Notes under the pieces: generated by a model
What the model was told of the DNA's origin: nothing
Seen by the model: the letters and a program-made list of their open reading frames with translations, nothing else
Database searches by the model: none
DNA from: an uncultured Planctomycetaceae bacterium
GTDB lineage: Bacteria; Planctomycetota; Planctomycetia; Planctomycetales; Planctomycetaceae
Direction of reading: 5' to 3'
DNA: 64,000 nucleotides
Assembly: GCA_963815195.1 (NCBI GenBank)
Contig: CAWFGE010000007.1
Coordinates: forward strand, 1 to 64,000
Made by a program: the position numbers and the translations under genes
Shown: positions 55,566 to 64,000 of the stretch, piece after piece
How positions within the stretch are numbered: the stretch's first letter is position 1
Layout: every line of letters begins with the position of its first letter

Positions 55566-58340
55566 ATGAGCGGTGCAAACTCGACATACGAGATTCGATT
55601 GCGTGCGGTACGTGCCGTTCTGGATGAGCATATACCTATTACGACGGTCGCACAAGCCTATGGAGCCGATCGGACAACGATCTATCGATGGGTTGTGCGT
55701 TATCAGGAAGCCGGAGACGACGCAGGTCTGGTACGTCGCCCGGTAACCGGTCGGCCTAAAAGGCTCACGGAGGTTGATGCCGAGGCACTGCGGACTATCG
55801 TCCTTGCGCCGGCATCTGATTATGGCTACGAGACTGACTTTTGGACAACACGACGACTGTTGCAAGTAATTGAGAGTGAATTTCGAGTCAAGCTATCAAA
55901 CCAAACCATCCTTCGCCGACTGCACGCGGCCGGTCTCCGCTACCAGAAACCGGAACGCGAGTATTTTCAAGTTTCCGAGCAGGAGCGGCAAGCCTGGGCT
56001 CGGAGGGAAGTCCCGAGAATTCGTGCCGCGGTCCACAAAAACAGGGCCATTTTGAATTTTCAGGACGAATCGAACATCTCATTGACCGCATTGTTGGGAA
56101 AGACCTGGGCACCCAAAGGCAAGACACCAAAGCAGGCTGTCACTGGAAAACGCGGGGGCGTGGCTGCTATGTCGGCAATCACCGGACGAGGTGGACTCAT
56201 TTTCCGACTTCATCAGCCCGGATTATTCATCAGGTCCGTGCGTGGTGAGTATTTCCGTGGCGGAAAGTGCACAGGGTGGTTGGGGAGCGGAGGATGGGCG
56301 GACCGCCCCCTTTCCCCCTGGGGCCTGGCGATCGTTGGGTGAGTGAAGGAAAGAAACAGAAAGGCGGATGCCACGATGGCGAACTGCTCAGTCCCGAAGA
56401 ACCAGTTGCTCATGGGCGTGACGTGGGAGAGGTGTGTAGGGCCGCGGGCCAGCTCCACGCGGACGTGGCCAGAGGTTGGCCAGGCGCAGCGAGCGGATGC
56501 GGGAAGACATCGCTGCCCAAAACGCGCGGACGCTTTCCTCAATGTAAATCACCAGGCGGCGGGAGTGCTTCGCCACCCGCGCTCCTGTCCGCAGCACCGA
56601 CTGCTGGAAACGATGCAAGTCCCAGCAACCGCCCAACTCGTCCTCGAACTCGATCCGCAGCATCGACGCCAGGTTGAACGCCAGCAGGCCCAACAGCAAC
56701 GTCACTTCGTTCTCCGCAAACACCGATGACGAAAGACGGCAGCCAATCACCGCGTTGAATTCGCCCAGCCGGTCCTCGAACGTGCCGCGCTTGCGGTAGT
56801 GCGACAACACCTCATCCGCCGAGCGTTGCTCCTCGGTCCAGTTTGTGATCAGGAAGAAGTAACGCGGAAACAGAGCCAGTTGGCCCGTCTTCGCCTCCGG
56901 CTTGTCGACGATGACCAGAATCACCCGCTGCGGATGACGCCAGCCCTCGGCTTGGTACTTTCCGAGTTCGATCACGTCCTCATATCCCCCTTTGGGCGGC
57001 CGGCCCGCGGGACGTGTCAGATAGGGCGCGGCCATCTCTTCCAGCACGTTGTTCTTCTTGATTCTCCCGCAAAAACGGATGTTTTCGTCGGTCAACTCAT
57101 CCAACACCGGGCCGGCGATGAAACCCGCATCGATCCGGAGGTCGAAGCTCCACGCCAGTTGCCGGGCCTTGCCGACCACGTTGCGAATAAACCGCCGGAT
57201 GCCATTGGCCGTATGCACGCTGCCTTGCCGCAGGATGGCATGAATGAAGCCGTTCCCCAGCCGCTGGCCTTCCCGCGTGCCGTCGTAGTCGCCGCCGACC
57301 GAGAAACTAGCGACCAGCGGATGATAGACGGTCTCCTTGTAGTAACCGTTATAGCGGGCCCCCGGCTGCTGGCCATAAACCTGCATCGGGAAACTGTCGA
57401 TGTCGATGGTGGCGTAGCGGACGCGGCGGTCGCTGTCGCCGGTGCTTTTGATATGCCGATGGATCCAGTCGAACAAGGCGCTCCGCACGGCCTCGAGATT
57501 CGTCTTGCAGTCGGCCAGCCAATCGATGAGCCGGGATTGAGTGGGTTGGCTGGCCAGGCGTTGGTTGAGCACTTCTTCGCCGGGCCGGTCCCAGGCGGCC
57601 ATCTTCATGGCGGGATCATGGGCGAGCCGGTCGAGATCATCCTGATCGGACTCTCCCAGGGCCATGGCGTAGATTCTTTCCCGCAGCAGTTCGACGCCTT
57701 GATAGCGGACGCGGTCTTGCCGGCGAGGATCGATCAGTCGATCGGCAAGGGATTCGGTGAGTCCGAGCCGATGATCGAAGTCCCGCAGCAGAACGGCACC
57801 GGAGTGTGACGTGAGCCGCCCATCGACGGCCTTGACCTTGATGGAACGATTGAAATCGGGCTCGAAAATGTTAGGCTGAGCTTCACCCATCGCGTGATTC
57901 CTCCGTTTGGTTTCGGGATTGCGGTATACCCCTTAAACGCAGAGGGTCACGCGATGGTTCCTTCTTTTTTCATCTTTTTTGGTGAATAATCCGGGATCAG
58001 AAGCGAATCGCATCCGAGGAGGTCATCGACGTTTTAAGGCAGATGTTAAAACATCATCCAAGGCGTCATTTGGTCGTGGTCATGGATCAGGCACCGCCTC
58101 ACACATCGAAACGGACCAAGGCCTATATGGAAAACCAAAAAAGACTGCATGTATTTTATCTGCCCAAGTACTCTCCTGACTGGAATCCAGATGAAAAGGT
58201 ATGGAATCATTTGAAACATCAGGAGCTAAAGAGCCATCAAGCGAAAACTAAAGACGAACTCCATCAGTTGGCATATGAAAAACTCATGGCGATGTCAAAG
58301 AACAGTTCATCGTTGAGAGGCATATTCTTCCGATGCTCAA
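55566..58340 (+). mobile_element. IS630-family transposase gene interrupted by IS1380
   Basis: HTH TIYRW; FWTT; FQDES; after the insert VVMDQAPPH..LPKYSPDWNPDEKVW. The frame rejoins as RLHQ|KRIA. Confidence 0.92.
56217..57995 (-). mobile_element. IS1380-family element; transposase 56388-57890
   Basis: Terminal IR CCCGGATTATTCA; 5-bp TSD ATCAG (56212-16 and 57996-58000); motifs LTSHSGAVL, LASQPTQSR, IDIDS, RIDAGF, YRKRGTFE. Confidence 0.95.
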
Positions 58341-58832
58341 GACCAGATCGGCACCAGCTATGCGCCGATCGGTCAGACGCCGGTGCTGGAGTTTCCCAAA
58401 ACCCGCATCCAGCAGAATCTGATCTCGAGCGTCACTCCCGATGGTGAAATGACCTATCGTCTGATTCCGGGAACGCTGAATGCGAACAAGTTTATCGACT
58501 ATTTGGAACAACTGATTGCCTCGACTCGGCAGAAAATTTTTCTTGTCATCGACCGCCATCCGGCTCACACGGCCAAGGCCGTCGAGCGTTGGGTTTCGGA
58601 GCACGCCGAAGAAATCGAAATTACTTGGCTGCCGCGTTATAGTCCGGAATACAACCCGGACGAGTTCCTCAACAACGACTTGAAAGCAAACTTAAAAAAC
58701 AAGCCGCTTCCCGACGACACCCCGGCTTTCGCCGAGACCATCCACACAATCCTAGACGAGATCGCCGGCCTACCAGAGCGGATCAAAGGCTACTTCCGAG
58801 AAGCCAAACTTGAACTAACGACTATCAACTAA
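58340..58832 (+). mobile_element. 3' half of a second, different IS630 transposase
   Basis: GQTPV; LVIDRHPAH; LPRYSPEYNPDEFLN. Confidence 0.88.
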
Positions 58833-59211
58833 CGACTATGTTGCAACTACAATTTTATCACTCCAAATTCCTGTGGAAGTAACAAGTCGCTCAAGGCAGG
58901 GATCAAGCAGGTTGAAAAACAGAAGGATGAATTGGTTGCCGCCGCTCGTGCCAAAATCAGCGAAGGGACTGCTTGATTTGGCAGCGCACCGCAACTGCGA
59001 TCCGGGTTGTCACCGGGCAGTTCTACACCGTTCTACACCTGCCACACGAAAACCAATATGATCGTGACGGCACGTCGGAACGGCAGTACCTCGATCTGTC
59101 ACAGGATATCAGCGGTATGTGTAGTATCTCGCACGGCGAGGCAAATTCCGATTCCACTTCACTGTCAAGACGGAATATCAATCAACCGTCCGCTACCTGG
59201 AAATTGCAAGT

Positions 59212-60652
59212 CTAAAAATCGATCTTTGCCCGGAGTCCCAACACGACGGCGTTATTGATCGCATCACGGTTGCGCGGCAGAATCGCCAGTGTTTGTTCGC
59301 GGGCCGGGACGAGAAATTGCAGGTCGGGTGTTATCCGAAACCACGGCGTCACGGCGTAGTTGTAGAACAGTTCCACAACCTGATCGTTTCGGATCGGTAA
59401 CAGGGCCGGCGCGAGGGTTTGCACCGGATCGGAATATCCGGTGTATGCGTAACCGACGCCGAACGTATCAAGCGGCCGCGTGACCAGCGGACTGCTGCCG
59501 CCGAGACCCACGTTGGCAGACCAGCGGATCGGGCTGGGGCCGTTATCGGATAAGCCGATGTTCGTGAACAATCCCCACGAGCGCTTCGGATTGCTGGCGT
59601 CAACGAACAGCGCCTGGTCGGCGGAATAAAGCAACGACCAGGAACCCGTGTCCCTACCCGAGACCAAACTTAGCCCGAGTTCCGGATCAAAATAGGGCGT
59701 CGGAGAGAGGTCGTTGTACGTTCCGCTGCTGTATGTGCCCCAGACGCCTTGATGGCCGGGCAGGTTATTGATGGAGACCGGAAGATCGAGTTTGGCAATG
59801 ATGGTCGCGCCGTTATTGAAAAAGCTTTGAAAGCCGGATGTGGTCGGCGTATTGTTGGTGTCGAGCACCATCATCGAAAAGATCGGCTGCATGTTGTCCA
59901 ACACGGCGAATCCCGCACCCAAGGTGGAATAAGGAACCGAACGGGCGGCTGCGACGGGGAAGGCCAGCCCCGTGTTCATGAAGGCGTCCACACCCCGGCC
60001 GGCGGCATAAGGTTGCACCAGTTCATCGAGCAGATTGATTTTCCCCGCGAACGTGATGAAGTTTTCCGAAAGCGCCTGTGTGAACTTAACAGCTGTCAAT
60101 GCCGTGACGCTGCCGGTGGGAACTGGGAACAGCGATGCAGTGTTGACCGGCATGATCGCGCCGGTGTCTAGGTTGATGCCGTTGCCATAACGCGTCTCGC
60201 CGTGCAACGTGACAAAAAAGCCCTTCCACAAGCCGGCTTTTTCGCCGTCGACGTTGAGGTAGTAGTCATTGCGCCCGACATATTCGAATCCCTGACGCAC
60301 ACCACCGGAAGCGACGCCCTGGTAGATCTGCGTCGAGGCCGAGATTGAACGTATAACCGCGGGCAGCGAGATCGTCGCGAGAACCGCCGAAGTTGCCGAG
60401 CAAGACCGGCCGTTCCCACAGACTGCCGGCATACGGTGAGACGTAGAAAGCCGAAGGTTGCGCGGCGGCAATCTCAGGGGGAGGTGGGTATTCGGCCGGC
60501 GCCGTTTCAACCTGGCTATTGTAAATCGGCGTCGACGAAGGCAGGAAATCTTGAGCCGTCGCCTGTGATGTCGCCAGCGCCCCGATCAGGCTCAGAACCC
60601 GTCCAAAATGCGTTGTCCGCCAAATGGTTCCACACGAAGAATTGTGAGCCAT
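59212..60652 (-). CDS. Carbohydrate-selective porin, OprB family (frameshift near 60340)
   Basis: LLGNFGGSRDDLAARG; RPLDTFGVG; ELFYNYAVTPWFRITPDLQ; terminal Phe. Confidence 0.88.
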
Positions 60653-60974
60653 TCTGGTATCCTAACTATATGAACAGAAATGCCATCCAATGAGGGTTCC
60701 TCAAAAGGAATCGGCAAACTGTCGATGGCACTTTTCGGGAACAAACCAGAAATCCCGCGTTCGACCGAAGTCTTGCGTCGCCTGTAGCGATTGGGTAAGC
60801 CAGTCGTTTTTGGACGATACTTTTGGTCGGATGACGAGTAACAATTGGGTGCGATCCCAATTCGTGACGGGTTGAACGTGGATGGTTGATGGGTCAGAAT
60901 GGCGACTTCCCCGACTTGTCGGTCGTTTTGAGGAAGGAGCCTCCCATGCAAATTCGCCTTGGTTCCCGTGATGG

Positions 60975-61270
60975 TCCGGCACGACTTGCAAACCTCCGAT
61001 GCGTTGGGAGCCGCGGCTTCGCAACTGGGGCCGAACCTCCAGGCGGTGATCGCGTTTCTCAATAAACGCTGTGGGCTGTCTCACGGCAAGATCGTGCAAT
61101 TCTTTCGGGAGCTGTTTGACATTCGGCTGTCGCGGGCGGCTCGGTCCAAGCCACGCTGCGGGCGGGACGCCGTTGTCGAGAGGTTTACAACGCGATCGTC
61201 AAGTCGGTGCGGGGATCGCCTTGGGGCGGTGCCGGACGAAACCGGTTGGAAAATCGGCGGCCGACCCGTT
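60975..61270 (+). mobile_element. IS66-family transposase internal fragment
   Basis: QTSDALGAAASQLGP..GLSHGK..LFDIRLSR..PDETGWKIGG. Confidence 0.75.
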
Positions 61271-61434
61271 TGACGCATGTTTCTTATTTCGTCTTATTTC
61301 GCAGAATCAAAGTAAACTTGTGATTCTGGGTCGTCTGGGAAATCGAGCGTGTTATCAAAACCAGAATCGTTACCGGCGTTGCGCGGCACCTCCCTCTGTG
61401 GGCCACCACACTGACAGGCCAATGATTCGGCAAA

Positions 61435-61664
61435 CCCGGATTATTCACAAGGCACCGAGTGCTAGCACGGTTTCGCCCGCATTTTTCAACGCGAAACGCA
61501 CTTTTCGAGTGCTTGTTTGCCTTCACCAAATTGGTGAAGCGTCTTTTTGAGTGAAAACACGCACTTCCTCAAGGAAAAACAGAGGGGGGTGTAACCGGTC
61601 ACCCCGGTTACACCCAAACAGAGGTTTTTGGACGATCGCAGCGATGGCTCGTGAATAATCCGGG
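61435..61664. mobile_element. 230-bp non-autonomous IS1380-type MITE
   Basis: 14-bp perfect IR CCCGGATTATTCAC; 5-bp TSD GCAAA (61430-34 and 61665-69); no transposase. Confidence 0.9.
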
Positions 61665-61949
61665 GCAAAAGAGTCGCTATTCAATCACTAATATTCACTT
61701 ACTGAATGCTTGACATCTCCCGATTGACGCGTCATAATTACCCTAACGTCCCACTCATTCTTCTTGATCCTGGCCAAAAAGAAGTGGCTTGGAACTCTTA
61801 TTGTGGCCCGCCGTACCGCGGCAACTTTCACTCCGATGCTCGAATGTTTTCTCATGTGGCCGCGTTCATTTACGCATTCTCCTTGACTCGCATGGAGCAT
61901 TCCTGAATCGAAAGTGACTTCGTTAAACCTGAACGAGATTTCCGTGGGT

Positions 61950-62598
61950 ACACCTCCCGAAACGCCCCTAGCTGCGCAAGAAGGAATGGTCTGGATTAAA
62001 GGTGGCAAATTCCTAGTGGGAAGCGACGCATCGATCGCCTGAACAGGCTGCTCATCGTGTCGTTGTTGATGGTTTCTCGATGGATTCGACGAAAATCATC
62101 CGGTGGTCCAGGTTTCATGGCATGATGCGGTGGCTTACGCCAGCTGGGCAGGAAAGAGGATTGCTGACGGAAGCCGAGTGTGGGAGTGTGCCGCCCCTGG
62201 AGGACTTCAGGGAAAGCCCTATGCGCCCTATGTATAGGAAAGCGATCCACCGAGCGAAACCTTGCCGCAAGCGAATCTATGGACAGGCTCGTTTCCACGA
62301 AAACACACAGATGTGAGTGTGTGCACACTAGCAGATCCCGTCGGCACCTTCAAAGCCAACGGATATGGGCTCTTCGATATGGCTGGCGACTGGTACGATC
62401 GCGATTTTTACATCAAACGTTCACAGACGAACGTTACCCTCAATCCCACGGGACCGGATCAGAGGTCATGATCCCATGCGCTCGTTCATGGCTTAGCGAA
62501 GTCAACGCGGCGGCTCGTTCCTTTGTAACGACTCACACTGATCTCGCATATACATGTATTCACGCAAGACTGGGATGCATGTAGGGTTTCGTTGTATA
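61950..62598 (+). pseudogene. Decayed formylglycine-generating enzyme (FGE/SUMF1) family gene
   Basis: GMVWIKGGKF; HPVVQVSWHDAVAY; LTEAE; PVGTFKANGYGLFDMAG; HVGFRC, scattered across frames with deletions. Confidence 0.82.
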
Positions 62599-62657
62599 AC
62601 GTCCGGGCAAGAGACCGTGCCCGGCAGCCTAGTGTCGCGTCAATCTTGGTTTGACGC

Positions 62658-62729
62658 GTGCCATTGGCTCCGCCAGTGCGAGATCGAGTTTACCGTTCCT
62701 TTCAAGCACTGGCAGAGCCAAGGGGACAC
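62658..62729. repeat. Inverted REP-like palindrome doublet
   Basis: GTGCCATTGGCTCCGCCAGTGC ... GCACTGGCAGAGCCAAGGGGACAC. Confidence 0.6.
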
Positions 62730-62823
62730 CACCTGTCAATCGAAGAATGACGGAACACTAGCAGAGATTGCATCATCGAAATGCTGTAATTGATTTTTAC
62801 TTCCTTGATTAAGGAGACTCCAA

Positions 62824-64000
62824 ATGAAGTTGCCTAACTGGTTTTCTAGCTCCCTATTGATGGTGGCAATCGGTGCCGTTTTGGGATACGTCGTCGCACT
62901 GAGCCCAATTGAGCAGCCGGCCTTCTCGGCGAAGCCGCAAAGTTCCCTTGTTGATGACGTGAAAAAAGGCTCCCGTCTTGATGACCTGAAAGAAGTCGAC
63001 ACTGCTGCCTACCGCGATAAAGGTCTAAGCCGAGCAGATGAGCGTCTGCTTGTGAGCCACAATCAGGTGGTTACGACGGCAGTAGCGCAGACGGGCAAAA
63101 AGCCAAATATTGTCGTCATCTGGGGCGACGACATCGGCGTTCACAACATCAGCGCTTACAACCACGGTATCATGGGGTATCAGACTCCAAATATCGATCG
63201 CATCGCCACAGAGGGTGCTTTGTTCACAGATGCCTATGCGCAACAAAGTTGTACTGCGGGCCGGGCGTCGTTCATCCTCGGGCAGCATCCGTTCCGCACC
63301 GGCTTGCTGACCATCGGCATGCCCGGCAGCCCGCACGGTATCCCGGACTGGACTCCGACCACCGCTGATCTCCTCAAGGAACAGGGTTACGCGACGGGAC
63401 AATTCGGCAAGAACCACCTCGGCGATCAGGATAAGCACCTGCCTACGCTGCATGGGTTCGACGAGTTCTTCGGCAACCTGTACCACCTGAACGCCGAGGA
63501 AGAACCGGAGACCTACTACTACCCGAAAGATCCCGAGTTCAAGAAGAAGTACGGTCCCCGCGGCGTGCTCCACTGCAAAGCGGATGGAAAGGGCGGCCAG
63601 ACCATCGAGGACACCGGCCCGCTGACCGCGAAACGCATGGAAACCATTGACGAGGAAGTCCACGCGAAAGCAATGGATTTCGTGGATCGGAACGCTAAAG
63701 CGAAGAAACCCTTCTTCCTGTGGTACAACAGCACCCGCATGCACGTCTGGACGCACCTCAAAAAGGCGTCCGTAGGTAAAACAGGCATAGGCCTTTATCC
63801 CGACGGCATGGTGGAGCACGACGGCTTCGTGGGCGAAGTCCTGAAGAAACTCGACGATCTGGGCATCGCCGACAACACCATCCTCGTCTACGGCACCGAC
63901 AATGGTGCCGAGACGGCTTCGTGGCCTGACGGTGGCATCACACCGTTCCACGGTGAAAAGGGAACCACCTGGGAAGGCGGCTTCCGCGTTCCGATGCTGG
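62824..64000 (+). CDS. Arylsulfatase, runs off the window end
   Basis: Hand translation: signal-like N-terminus; KPNIVVIWGDDIG; SCTAGRAS (CxxxR); FGKNHLG; TDNG; GEKGTTWEGGFRVP. Confidence 0.95.
   Translation, partial: MKLPNWFSSSLLMVAIGAVLGYVVALSPIEQPAFSAKPQSSLVDDVKKGSRLDDLKEVDTAAYRDKGLSRADERLLVSHNQVVTTAVAQTGKKPNIVVIWGDDIGVHNISAYNHGIMGYQTPNIDRIATEGALFTDAYAQQSCTAGRASFILGQHPFRTGLLTIGMPGSPHGIPDWTPTTADLLKEQGYATGQFGKNHLGDQDKHLPTLHGFDEFFGNLYHLNAEEEPETYYYPKDPEFKKKYGPRGVLHCKADGKGGQTIEDTGPLTAKRMETIDEEVHAKAMDFVDRNAKAKKPFFLWYNSTRMHVWTHLKKASVGKTGIGLYPDGMVEHDGFVGEVLKKLDDLGIADNTILVYGTDNGAETASWPDGGITPFHGEKGTTWEGGFRVPML

Noticed and set aside
58870..59210. Short ORFs between IS630 and the porin gene
   Set aside because: No recognisable motif; probably remnant DNA.
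63025..63951. 308-aa minus-strand ORF and similar long antisense ORFs
   Set aside because: Shadows of GC-rich genes on the opposite strand, here the arylsulfatase.

Overview
The window looks Planctomycetota-like: DUF1552/DUF1592 pair, DUF1559 prepilin-like gene, ASPIC/UnbV proteins, sulfatases and a large Ser/Thr kinase. Single-base frameshifts hit many otherwise intact genes, so most are probably long-read consensus errors. From 1 to 38 kb the content is mostly secreted or accessory genes, plus a tRNA-Asn 3' half (att scar), a sulfatase gene cut at its Asp-Asp motif, and a four-helix-bundle gene bracketed by inverted heptamer arrays and wedged into the DUF1592-DUF1552 operon. From 38 to 62 kb there is a defence and mobile-element pile-up: a DUF3883 nuclease gene truncated by an orphan type I-G-like CRISPR array, an IS21 that cuts that array mid-repeat, a type I R-M locus, an IS630 interrupted by IS1380, and a 230-bp IS1380-type MITE. 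Best lead: a ~2.5-kb large-serine-recombinase element sits exactly in the Walker A Lys codon of istB. Rejoining its ends by hand restores istB and also creates an RBS, ATG and in-frame start for an otherwise start-less element gene, giving a fully coding, translationally coupled circle. All family calls come from motif recognition by eye; no searches were run.
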